Notes: a model not told the origin generated them from the sequence alone. 64,000 nt of DNA from Candidatus Micrarchaeota archaeon (GCA_964579265.1 CAZOFO010000001.1:15367-79366); one strand, 5' to 3'. Shown: positions 27,439 to 36,626, numbered from the stretch's first letter. Made by a program: numbers and translations.

Positions 27439-28083
27439 ATGGACATAAAAGAAGAATATCAAGAAGTGAAGAAGTTCTTGAAAAAAAGATACAGCGATCT
27501 AGATACTGCTGCAGAAGAGAACTCCAGAGATCCCTACACTACATTAATAAGCTGCATTATATCTCAAAGAACCAGGGAAGAGAGAACCAAAAAAGCAAGT
27601 GAGAACCTGTTTAATAAAGCCAGTTCCCCTGAAAAAATGAAAGAATTAAGTGAAGAAGAGATCAAGGAATCTATAAAACCAGCTGGAATGTACAACCAGA
27701 AAGCAGAGAGAATAAAAGAAACTACAGATCGAATAATCGAAGAATACAGTGGAGAAGTGCCAAAATCACGAGAAGAACTTATGAAGTTACCAGGAGTAGG
27801 TTATAAAACTGCAGACGTTACCCGTTGCTTCGGATTCAACGTAAACACTATACCAGTAGATACTCATGTTAATAGAATACCAAAGAGACTTGGATGGGTT
27901 CCTGAAGATGCTTCCAAAGAAGAAGTAAAAGAAAAGCTTGAAGAAATCACTCCTAAAAAGGAAAGAAGTTTTTTCCATGTTTCCTTAATCCATTTTGGAA
28001 GAGAAATATGTCTGCCTAGAAAACCAAAATGCGAAGAGTGTCCCTTCACCAATTTTTGTAAATACTATAAAGAAAAAAGATAA
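27439..28083 (+). CDS. nth: Endonuclease III (HhH-GPD DNA glycosylase)
   Basis: LISCIISQRT, LPGVGYKTA, IPVDTHVNRI and C-x6-C-x2-C-x5-C (CLPRKPKCEECPFTNFC) motifs. Confidence 0.93.
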   Translation: MDIKEEYQEVKKFLKKRYSDLDTAAEENSRDPYTTLISCIISQRTREERTKKASENLFNKASSPEKMKELSEEEIKESIKPAGMYNQKAERIKETTDRIIEEYSGEVPKSREELMKLPGVGYKTADVTRCFGFNVNTIPVDTHVNRIPKRLGWVPEDASKEEVKEKLEEITPKKERSFFHVSLIHFGREICLPRKPKCEECPFTNFCKYYKEKR

Positions 28084-28105
28084 AAAGTTCTCTATGATTT
28101 AAATC

Positions 28106-28664
28106 CTATCTGATTTGGTCCGGGGGAATTTCATCTAACAGAGGATCTTCTTCTGGAACTATTACCTTGAATACTGCTATCGGGTTTTCCAATCTCCATT
28201 TTCCATCTTCTCTTATCAAATTGAAAGGTCTTTCATACTGCTTTTCACGATCATCTCTTATGTAGGGGCTATCGAATGACATTGTTATCCTAGCTTTTAC
28301 TTCTGCTCTACCTTCTTCGAAATTTATATCCTCTCTTAATACTTCAGCTTCCCATAATTCTATTTCTTTTATTATCTCTTCTTCTAAAGGAGTTATTTCT
28401 TCTCTCCATTCTTCATCTGCTTCTTTAGCTGCTTCTTCCATCTCCTCTCTATATCTACTTTGCATGTACCTAGTTAATTTTTCATATTCGAAACTACTTA
28501 CATCCTCTGTAAAGGCTTCTACTACTCCTCCTGGTGTATCGGGATACTCTTCGGAATATCCTTCTGTTTCAACTTCTGGTATTCCGCTCCCTGTTGAGAT
28601 AACGGATGTTGTTCCTACAGCTAAGATAGCTATTATTGCTAATGAAGTGACTCCCCCAATCCAT
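28106..28664 (-). pseudogene. Frameshifted membrane-anchored NTF2/DUF4878-like protein
   Basis: GGAGG plus ATG at 28664 is out of frame with the long downstream frame; removing one G from the G5 run restores MDWGVTSLAIIAILAVG...KWRLE..., 185 aa. Confidence 0.65.
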
Positions 28665-28837
28665 ATTTATGCCTCCTTCAATTTTTTCATATTTTCAAAT
28701 CCATTTTTAGCAAGGGTCTTTACATTTATAAACTTTTTGTGAAAATCGAAAAGAATAAATATAAAAATAAGATAATAAAGGGTTTTGCATGGTTTCTACG
28801 TTATGCAGGTATCCTGCTATGCTTTAAATTACTTCTT

Positions 28838-29692
28838 TTATGGGAGAGGTTCTCCTGTTTGTTCTATTGGGTCTGCTGGAAGTTCAAATTCTTCTTCTGG
28901 TATTTCTCCACCTACTTCGATTTCTTCGAATTCCATTTTTGTTTCCATTGATACTTCTTCTTCTGGAGTTCCCATATCCATTTCTATTTCTGCTAGTACC
29001 ACTATTCCTGTTTCTTTGTCGTAGCATTGACTTGTTTTCATATCCATGTCTATCTCTGGTAGGCTTTGAAGTCCCTGGAATCCTCCTTGTATGTCTTCCA
29101 TATCCATGTCTATCTCAATTAACTCGCATTCTCTTCCAGCTACTTCTCTTTCACCTACTGCGAAATCCATGTCTTCTCCTTGTTCTATCAGTTCTAGAGT
29201 TTCTTCTTTTTCAGGATTTACTTCGAAAGGTTGTAATTCTTCTCCGTCCCCTTCTTGGCATATCCATTCGTTTTCTTCTTCCATGCAGAAAAAGTTTTCT
29301 TCTAGATCGAACATTTTTACTCTTTCAATCTCTGCTTCTTGTTCAGGAGGCTCTATATCTACTTCTATTTTTTCTTTTTCACCTGATTTTACTCTTCTTA
29401 TATCTCCTTCTATTTCTTGCCCCATCATATTTTCTTCTACTTTCATCTCTAGTTTTCCTTTGGCTTCATAGCTGTCTATTTCTTCTTCTCTTTCTATACT
29501 TGCTAATATTATCTCTTCAACTTCTTCACTTTCAACATCTCTATCTCGTACATCTTCTTCGTCTGTCTCGTTTTCCGGTACTCCATTCTCTGTTTCTTCG
29601 TCGTCTACTTCTTCTTCTGCGAACGGACCTATACAACCTATACCGATCAGAAGAAATCCCACTAATATTATAGGTATTATCTTTTTGTTCAT
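28838..29692 (-). CDS. Acidic putative lipoprotein
   Basis: Lipobox-like IGIGC after a hydrophobic stretch; Cys pairs; GGAGGTGA ribosome-binding site. Confidence 0.75.
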   Translation of the reverse strand: MNKKIIPIILVGFLLIGIGCIGPFAEEEVDDEETENGVPENETDEEDVRDRDVESEEVEEIILASIEREEEIDSYEAKGKLEMKVEENMMGQEIEGDIRRVKSGEKEKIEVDIEPPEQEAEIERVKMFDLEENFFCMEEENEWICQEGDGEELQPFEVNPEKEETLELIEQGEDMDFAVGEREVAGRECELIEIDMDMEDIQGGFQGLQSLPEIDMDMKTSQCYDKETGIVVLAEIEMDMGTPEEEVSMETKMEFEEIEVGGEIPEEEFELPADPIEQTGEPLP

Positions 29693-29743
29693 TTGTTCAC
29701 CTCCGTTGAAATTTTGTTATTTTTATTCTTTTTGAGTTTCTTC

Positions 29744-30076
29744 TCATAGTCTTCTGTAACAGATGATTCCTCCTATGAGTGTTATTATATGAGTTATCAT
29801 TCCACCGAATAATATGCCTAGTAAAGATCCTGCTATTATCCATAAGAAGTTGTCTTTTTCAGCTCCTTTCTTATTTAGATAATAGAGATATGTCAATAAA
29901 CTTATCGAGATGATTAATCCTATTAAAGCTACTGATATTATTGCTAATGGCTCTATCTCCATTGGTGAGATTTCCACTACTTTTTTATAGAAATATAAGG
30001 TTGATATAGATTCTAATAGGCCTAAGAATGCTCCTACAATCGATATATTAAAAGGTATCTTTATTTTTTGATCCAT
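29744..30076 (-). CDS. Small multi-pass membrane protein
   Basis: Three to four hydrophobic segments in 110 aa. Confidence 0.65.
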   Translation of the reverse strand: MDQKIKIPFNISIVGAFLGLLESISTLYFYKKVVEISPMEIEPLAIISVALIGLIISISLLTYLYYLNKKGAEKDNFLWIIAGSLLGILFGGMITHIITLIGGIICYRRL

Positions 30077-30176
30077 TATTTAACCATCTTTATATATTTC
30101 AAGGGAGGAGGAATCTTCTTCCTCCTTTTTCTTAATTTAAAGATTACTGGTTTCCGGTAAATCCATTATTATACCT

Positions 30177-30404
30177 TTAAACTTCATCTAAAGCTTCTTT
30201 CATGAACTTAACTGCTTCTTCATTGTCCGCAGAGAATCCAAATCCTGATTTATAGGTCTTCTCCTGGTCATCATTGTAGAAGCCTTTCGAGAAGTTTATG
30301 AATTCGGTTTCTCCTTGTTCTCCAGTTACTTTTTTCCTGGATACTTCAATGAAGTTATTTCCGTATTCAAAAGTTTTTTCTTTTATAGTCTCGTATTCAG
30401 CCAT
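30177..30404 (-). CDS. Small conserved-looking protein (possible PC4/PUR-like fold)
   Basis: GNNFIEVSRKK...EFINFSKGFY; beta-rich region followed by one helix; GGTGA ribosome-binding site. Confidence 0.65.
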   Translation of the reverse strand: MAEYETIKEKTFEYGNNFIEVSRKKVTGEQGETEFINFSKGFYNDDQEKTYKSGFGFSADNEEAVKFMKEALDEV

Positions 30405-30524
30405 CTGTATCACCGATTAAGTTATTGTAGTCAATTAATATAAAAGGCAAGTGTTTTTATCATATACAATTAAGCTCTATTAAATGAACAGTGGAGTTTT
30501 GATATAAAACAAAAAGGTGAAAAA

Positions 30525-32792
30525 ATGAATTCAAAATACGTTGCTTCCTTTGAAGAAATAGATTCAGAAAAAAAGGAATTGGTAGGGGGAAAAAACGCTA
30601 ATATAGGAGAACTATTAAATAAAGTAGAAGTGCCTGTCCCACCAGGATACGTAGTGACCACTGAAGCCTACAGGGAACACTTGGACGAAAATAGACTAGT
30701 CAGAAGGATTAGAGAAAAATTAAAAGAACTGAAAGATCCGGAGAACACGGAAAAGCTCAGAGAAGTTGGTGAAGAAATAAGAGGAATGATAAAAGAAGGT
30801 GAAATACCTGAAGAAGTAAAAAAAGAAATAGAAAAACAGCACTCTAAACTCAAAGATAAACTAGGAAGAGAACCTGAGGTAGCAGTAAGATCAAGTGCCA
30901 CATCCGAAGATCTAAAAGGAGCGAGTTTTGCAGGTCAACAAGAAACCTATCTTAATGTAAAAGGAATAAAAAATGTCTTAGAAAAAATTAAAGAATGTTT
31001 TGCTTCTCTTTACACTGATAGAGCAATATACTACAGAGAAAGAAAAGGATTTGACCATCTAGATGCTGCTCTATCCGCAGCAATACAAAAAATGGTTCAT
31101 TCCGAATCATCAGGAGTAGCCTTTACCCTGGACCTTAGAGACGGGGACAATGATACAATAACAATAGAAGGGTCCTGGGGACTAGGCGAATACATAGTAG
31201 GAGGGAAAGTAACACCCGACACGTACTTCATAGACAAAGAAAAACTTGAGATAAAAGAAAGGAAAATAGCAACGAAGAAGAAAAAATTAGTTAACAAGCC
31301 CGAAGGCGGTACAGTAGAAGAAAAAGTACCTGAAGAAGAACAAGAAAAACAGATATTACCTGATGAAAAGATAAAGAAACTAGCTAGATATACAAAAGAA
31401 ATAGAAGAACACTATAACTTCCCACAGGATATAGAATGGGGTTTTGACAAAAAACAGGAAAAAATCTATATATTACAATCCAGACCCGAAACAGCTTGGT
31501 CCGAGAAAGATATAAAGACCAAGAAAAGATCAAAGGGAGAAGTAATACTGGAGGGAATGTCAGCAAGCCCAGGAATAGAACACGGAAAAGCAAAAATAGT
31601 ACACAATGTTGAAGAACTAGATAAAGTAGAAAAAGGAGATATCTTGGTAACCGAGATGACCAATCCTGATATGGTTCCAGCAATGAGAAGAGCAAGCGCA
31701 ATAACAACAGATGAAGGAGGACTAACCAGTCACGCTGCAATAATATCAAGAGAACTAGGAATACCTTGTGTAGTGGGTACAGGAGAAGCTACAGAAAAAA
31801 TAGAAAATGGAAAAATAATAAGCGTGGACGGAACCCACGGAGAAGTGTTTAAAGGAGTAGTAGAATCAGAAAAACACGAAGAAGAAAAGAAACCCGTTCC
31901 AGAAACAGAAACAAACATCTACGTGAATCTAGGAGTTCCAGAAATAGCTGAAGAAGTATCTAAAAAACCTGTAGATGGAGTGGGATTGATGAGAGAAGAA
32001 TTCATACTATCAACACACGTCAAAGAACACCCACTGTCACTCATAGAAAAAGGAGAAGAGGAAAAATTTATAGAAAAACTATCGGGAGGAATACTGGAAG
32101 TAGCGGAAGCATTCGACCCTAGACCAGTCGTACTCAGACTCAGCGACTTCAAAACCAATGAATACAGAAACCTAAAAGGAGGAGAAAAACACGAACCACA
32201 CGAAAGCAATCCAATGATAGGATGGAGAGGATGCTCCAGATACATATCAGACAAATACCAACCAGCATTCGAACTAGAACTAAAAGCCATAAAAAAGGCC
32301 CGTGAAAAACAGGATAACATCCATCTAATGATACCGTTCGTAAGAACAATAGAAGAAATAAAAGAAACAGAAAAACTAATGGAAAAACACGGATTAAAAA
32401 GAGGAGAAAATCTAAAAATATGGATGATGGCAGAAGTACCATCAAACGTTCTACTAACCGAAGAATTCGCCGAATACTGCAGCGGCTTCTCAATAGGAAC
32501 AAACGACCTCACCCAACTAGTTCTAGGAGCAGACAGAGACTCCGAGATACTGGCGGAGCTAGGTGCATTCGACCAGAGAAACGAAGCAGTAAAAAAATCA
32601 ATAAAAAAGATAATAGAAAAAGCACACAAAAAAGGAAACACCGTAAGCATATGCGGACAACTTCCAAGCATATACCCGGAATTCTGCGAATTCCTAGTGG
32701 AACAAGGAATAGACTCCATCTCAGTAAATCCAGACACCATTGAAAAAGTCAAAAGAATTGTTGCCAAAGCAGAAGAAAAACACAAAAACTGA
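30525..32792 (+). CDS. ppsA: Phosphoenolpyruvate synthase (pyruvate, water dikinase)
   Basis: VGGKNA, AVRSSATSED, SFAGQQETY, GGLTSHAAIISRELG, NPMIGWRG and FSIGTNDLTQ motifs. Confidence 0.95.
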   Translation: MNSKYVASFEEIDSEKKELVGGKNANIGELLNKVEVPVPPGYVVTTEAYREHLDENRLVRRIREKLKELKDPENTEKLREVGEEIRGMIKEGEIPEEVKKEIEKQHSKLKDKLGREPEVAVRSSATSEDLKGASFAGQQETYLNVKGIKNVLEKIKECFASLYTDRAIYYRERKGFDHLDAALSAAIQKMVHSESSGVAFTLDLRDGDNDTITIEGSWGLGEYIVGGKVTPDTYFIDKEKLEIKERKIATKKKKLVNKPEGGTVEEKVPEEEQEKQILPDEKIKKLARYTKEIEEHYNFPQDIEWGFDKKQEKIYILQSRPETAWSEKDIKTKKRSKGEVILEGMSASPGIEHGKAKIVHNVEELDKVEKGDILVTEMTNPDMVPAMRRASAITTDEGGLTSHAAIISRELGIPCVVGTGEATEKIENGKIISVDGTHGEVFKGVVESEKHEEEKKPVPETETNIYVNLGVPEIAEEVSKKPVDGVGLMREEFILSTHVKEHPLSLIEKGEEEKFIEKLSGGILEVAEAFDPRPVVLRLSDFKTNEYRNLKGGEKHEPHESNPMIGWRGCSRYISDKYQPAFELELKAIKKAREKQDNIHLMIPFVRTIEEIKETEKLMEKHGLKRGENLKIWMMAEVPSNVLLTEEFAEYCSGFSIGTNDLTQLVLGADRDSEILAELGAFDQRNEAVKKSIKKIIEKAHKKGNTVSICGQLPSIYPEFCEFLVEQGIDSISVNPDTIEKVKRIVAKAEEKHKN

Positions 32793-32796
32793 TAAA

Positions 32797-34014
32797 ATGA
32801 AAAAATTAACAGGACCAAGAAATCTTTCAAAAAGAACAGAACAAATAGAAAAATCACCAATAAGAAGAATAACACGTCTACTTGAAGAAGCAGGAAAAAA
32901 AGAATCAGTAATAAGCTTTGGAGGAGGAGCACCAAGCCTTGCACCACCACAAGACTCAGTAAACCACGTAGCTGAAAAAATGAAAAAAGAACCACAGAAA
33001 TCAATTTCATACGGTTCTACACCTGGATTACTTGAAACAAGGGAAAAAATAACAAAAATGCTGAAAAAAGAAGAAAATATAGACATAGATCCAGAAAAAG
33101 AAATAACAATGACCCATGGTGGAACCCAAGGACTATTTGCCACTCTACAAACTTTGATAAACCCAGGACAAGAAGTAATGATACCCAACCCCGAATATTT
33201 AGGCTACCCACAAGCTATAAAAATAGCAGGAGGAAAGATAAACTGGGTAAAAACAACCTGGAAAGAAGATTTTCAAATAACTCCGGAAAAAGTCAAAGAA
33301 AACCTAACAGAAGATACCGAGCTAATAATGCTCATCTCCCCTGATAACCCGACCGGCAGGATGCTCACCGATGAAAATCTAAAAGGGATAGTCGAAATAG
33401 TTGAAGACGAAGATCTATGGCTTCTTACGGATGATATCTACAAAAACATAATCTACGGAGAAAAGGAATTCACTAACTCCAGGGAATTCGGAGCCAGAGA
33501 AAAAACCATAACATGCAACAGTTTCTCAAAAACAGGATCCATACCTGGAATGAGAATCGGCTACACCTACGGACCAGAAGACTTCATCTCAAATATGACT
33601 AAACTACTTCAATATGAATCACTGTGCATGGCAAAACCACCACAAATATTCATAAACCATTTCCTAAGAGAAAAAGGAAAATACAAAAGAAAATACATAA
33701 ATGAAACAGTACTACCAACCTACAAAAAAAGAAAAGACGTAATGAAAGAATCTCTTGAAAAATACCTGCCCAAAGCAAACTTCACAGAACCAGCAGGAGC
33801 ATTCTACTTCTTCGTGGATATGAAAAATTACTTAAAAAACTTCAAAGACGAGGAAGAATTTTCCAAAAAACTATACGAAGAAAAAGAAGTAGTAGTAATA
33901 CCTGGCAGGTACTTCGGAAACGAAGGAAAAGAACACGTTAGATTTACTTTTGTTTCAGAACCTCAAAAAAAGATAAAAGAAGGTATAAAAAGAATATCAG
34001 AATTCTTAGAATAA
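32797..34014 (+). CDS. PLP-dependent aminotransferase class I/II
   Basis: SPDNPTG, TDDIY, NSFSKTGSIPGMRIGY and VVIPGRYFG motifs; likely start ATG 32797. Confidence 0.92.
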   Translation: MKKLTGPRNLSKRTEQIEKSPIRRITRLLEEAGKKESVISFGGGAPSLAPPQDSVNHVAEKMKKEPQKSISYGSTPGLLETREKITKMLKKEENIDIDPEKEITMTHGGTQGLFATLQTLINPGQEVMIPNPEYLGYPQAIKIAGGKINWVKTTWKEDFQITPEKVKENLTEDTELIMLISPDNPTGRMLTDENLKGIVEIVEDEDLWLLTDDIYKNIIYGEKEFTNSREFGAREKTITCNSFSKTGSIPGMRIGYTYGPEDFISNMTKLLQYESLCMAKPPQIFINHFLREKGKYKRKYINETVLPTYKKRKDVMKESLEKYLPKANFTEPAGAFYFFVDMKNYLKNFKDEEEFSKKLYEEKEVVVIPGRYFGNEGKEHVRFTFVSEPQKKIKEGIKRISEFLE

Positions 34015-34035
34015 ATAAAATAATAACTTTAAAAC

Positions 34036-34153
34036 AGCCCCGTGGTGTAGCGGTCAAGTCCTATACCATAAAAATCAATAAAAAGGTAAGGGCTACGTAA
34101 AAGCATAGCAGGCCCTGGACCTGCTGACAGCGGTTCGAATCCGCTCGGGGCTA
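34036..34153 (+). tRNA. tRNA-Gln(CTG) with ~45 nt D-loop intron (34056-34100)
   Basis: Exons 34036-34055 and 34101-34153 join into a 73 nt cloverleaf (AGCCCCG/CGGGGCT acceptor, GCAGG-CC CTG GA-CCTGC); junctions form a relaxed BHB. Confidence 0.85.
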
Positions 34154-34154
34154 T

Positions 34155-34553
34155 CTAATTTATCTCCAAATCAAACTTTTTTAATCTGCTCAAACTCGGT
34201 CTAAGAGGATAAGTATCTCCATCAATCAATAAAACCATCTCTTCCAAACTCTTATTAATAACTAAAGTATACTCTGAATCATCTTCTTCTCCCATAAATA
34301 CCTTCTCATGCAGCTCCCCATCATGCTCTAATCCACCGTACAAAGCAGCTCTCAATATCTCACTAGCTCTATATTCATCAATAAAGATATTAAACTCTTC
34401 ATCCGGAGATCTCTTACTTCCGTGTCTATTCCCCAGTCTTTCTTCCAGTATATTCTTATACCTCTTTACACCTTCTCCCGCAGGATGCGTTGTAGCTATA
34501 AATACATCCGAGTTCGAACTTCTTCCCTTTGATCTATTTTCTCCTACTATCAT
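34155..34553 (-). CDS. Hypothetical protein
   Basis: 132 aa ORF ending 1 nt from the tRNA-Gln 3' end; no motif recognised. Confidence 0.55.
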   Translation of the reverse strand: MIVGENRSKGRSSNSDVFIATTHPAGEGVKRYKNILEERLGNRHGSKRSPDEEFNIFIDEYRASEILRAALYGGLEHDGELHEKVFMGEEDDSEYTLVINKSLEEMVLLIDGDTYPLRPSLSRLKKFDLEIN

Positions 34554-34816
34554 CTAATCGCCCTTGGGGTGAGCCTGATTATCAAACTTCTTTAAGCCTT
34601 CAAAACTACTTAATTAAGCCGTCCTTTAAATAACTAACGAAACTATTGTAAAAAATCTACATAAATAAATAGAGTATAGATGGAAAAAATGAACAATATG
34701 TAGATAAACACCTTTTTTATAACGAAATCCGTAATTTAATAGTCACTGTAAATACATCTAACAATATTAAATAACTACAAAAATAAAGAAAAACAAAATT
34801 ATTCTAGAAAATAGAA

Positions 34817-34889
34817 GGGTCCGTGGTCTAGTGGCTATGACGTCGCCTTCACGAGGCGAAGTGCAGGAGTTCGAATCTCCTCGGACCCA
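34817..34889 (+). tRNA. tRNA-Val(CAC)
   Basis: GGGTCCG/CGGACCC acceptor stem; TCGCC-TT CAC GA-GGCGA anticodon arm. Confidence 0.95.
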
Positions 34890-35079
34890 TCAAAAACCAA
34901 TTCAATTTTAAAAAATCATGATCCCCGAACGTTTCCGAATTGATAAAATCCACATCAAAACACGTAAAAATTACCTATATACTCTATCCTAAATTAAAAA
35001 AATCACTAAATGTTCAAAAATCGACTTAAAAACCCAAAGTTTTAAATAGTTCCCCCCTCTCAAACTAAATAATTAAATC

Positions 35080-35141
35080 CCCAGCATGAACTGCTCCCCA
35101 AAGGGCAGGTAAATGCTGGGCTCTCCCTTCCCTTTTTTTTT
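35080..35141 (+). ncRNA. Candidate small structured RNA upstream of NYN gene
   Basis: CCCAGCAT/ATGCTGGG stem, GAA/GTAA internal loop, CTGCTC/GGGCAG upper stem; TTTAAATA at 35041 upstream; T9 tract downstream. Confidence 0.5.
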
Positions 35142-35262
35142 CCACTAATTTTCAAAAACTAGTCCTTCTTCCCCAATCTAAAAAGTAAGTCTGAAAAGTT
35201 CTAGAGCATCTATCGCAAGTTTTTTAAAGTTCAAAAGCCAAACATAAACAGGGTGAAGAGGA

Positions 35263-35895
35263 GTGACTCGAGCTATAATATATATAGACGGAAACAATTT
35301 CTACCATAATACCCAAAAAGAAGGGCTGAACCCCAACAAAATAGATTTCAGAAAACTAAGCAAACATGTCGCTCAATCATTTGATTGCTCCTGGGAAGAG
35401 ACCTATTACTACAACTCCATACCCAGCATAGATACGAATAAAGAAAAATACCATTCCCATCTAGGATTCCTCAATAGCTTGAGATACCTACCTAAATTTA
35501 CGGTTAGAACCAAAAAACTTCAAAAACCGTCGGAAGAAGAGATTCAAAGGAAGAAAAAGGATTTACTGGAAAGGACCGATATCTGCTATGACTGCAGAAC
35601 CGCGATAAAAGAAAAATACCAGAAACATTTAGAAGATCTCTCCAAAAAAGAAAAAGGAATAGACGTAGTGATAACCACAGATATGATCAAAGAAGCATTG
35701 AAAAACAGGTATGATACCGCGATACTGATCACAGGAGACTCACAATTTATACCTGCACTAGAACTTATTGAAGAAGAAAATAAAAAACCAGCAACATCAT
35801 TCGTTTTCCAAGGATACGCAAATGAACTCAGAGATAAATTCGACTACCATGTACTAAAGAAAGAAGAATTAAAAGACTGCTACTACGAAGAATAA
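35263..35895 (+). CDS. NYN-domain (LabA/DUF88, PIN-like) ribonuclease
   Basis: IYIDGNNFY, EKGIDVVITTDM and ILITGDSQFIP motifs; GTG start after GGTGA. Confidence 0.88.
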   Translation: MTRAIIYIDGNNFYHNTQKEGLNPNKIDFRKLSKHVAQSFDCSWEETYYYNSIPSIDTNKEKYHSHLGFLNSLRYLPKFTVRTKKLQKPSEEEIQRKKKDLLERTDICYDCRTAIKEKYQKHLEDLSKKEKGIDVVITTDMIKEALKNRYDTAILITGDSQFIPALELIEEENKKPATSFVFQGYANELRDKFDYHVLKKEELKDCYYEE

Positions 35896-35920
35896 TGATG
35901 TTTAAAAAAATAATCCAAAT

Positions 35921-36040
35921 GCTCCGATAGTCTAGTGGCCAAGGATTCGAGCCTCTCGTAAACTTTTAGAAAAAGTTTAATCAAAAAATTCTAAAGTCTA
36001 GGGATAGCTCGAGACCCGGGTTCAAATCCCGGTCGGAGCA
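35921..36040 (+). tRNA. tRNA-Glu(CTC) with 47 nt canonical 37/38 intron (35959-36005)
   Basis: GCTCCGA/TCGGAGC acceptor stem; BHB with central helix CTCT/AGGG; mature length 73 nt. Confidence 0.92.
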
Positions 36041-36164
36041 TCTTGATCTTTTATCTCAATATCCTGAAAAATATTAATTTTAATTACAAAAATTCCCAAT
36101 TCTGATGCTAATCAAAAACAGATTCAGTAAATTTTAAATACTTCGAGTACTTACTTTTACAGGC

Positions 36165-36626
36165 ATGTACCCCAGAAAAGAAATAGATGAAAAAGACATA
36201 GAAATAATAAAAGAACTCCGGCAAGAAGGCAGAGCTAGTTACAGGGAAATAGCTGAAAAACTAGATGTTTCCCCCGGAACAGTAAGAAACAGAATAAACG
36301 AACTCGAAGAAGAAGGAATAATAAAAGGATACCACGCAGTAGTGGACTGGGATAAACTAGGTTATGAAGTAGCTGCAATAATAGGTATAGAGATAAAATC
36401 ACGTTCTCTTGACCAATTAACAGAAAAACTAAAATCCATCCCAAACGTTTACGCGGTTTACACTACCACCGGACAGTACGACTTATTCATAGGATTCAAA
36501 TGCAAGTCAATGCAGGAACTAGATGAATTCGTAAAGAACGAATTAGCCCATCCCTCAATAGCTAAAACAACTACATTCATAATACTCGACGAAGAAAAAG
36601 AAGCCAGAACATTCCTCGAAGATTGA
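36165..36626 (+). CDS. Lrp/AsnC family transcriptional regulator
   Basis: DEKDIEIIKELRQEGRASYREIAEKL...TVRNRINELEEEGIIKGY; TGQYD. Confidence 0.93.
   Translation: MYPRKEIDEKDIEIIKELRQEGRASYREIAEKLDVSPGTVRNRINELEEEGIIKGYHAVVDWDKLGYEVAAIIGIEIKSRSLDQLTEKLKSIPNVYAVYTTTGQYDLFIGFKCKSMQELDEFVKNELAHPSIAKTTTFIILDEEKEARTFLED

Noticed and set aside
30103..30130. GGAGGAGG/TCTTCCTCC hairpin with T-tract
   Set aside because: Plausibly an ordinary terminator-like structure; orientation is ambiguous and the sequence is low complexity.
31919..33010. 363-aa antisense ORF, and the many similar Leu/Phe/Ser-rich shadow ORFs in the track
   Set aside because: They overlap well-supported genes on the opposite strand and are explained by the extreme purine bias.
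35080..35120. Hairpin with GAA internal loop as an archaeal SECIS element
   Set aside because: No nearby gene has a plausible in-frame UGA, the opposing strand is GUAA rather than a single A, and it sits 5' of a nuclease gene.
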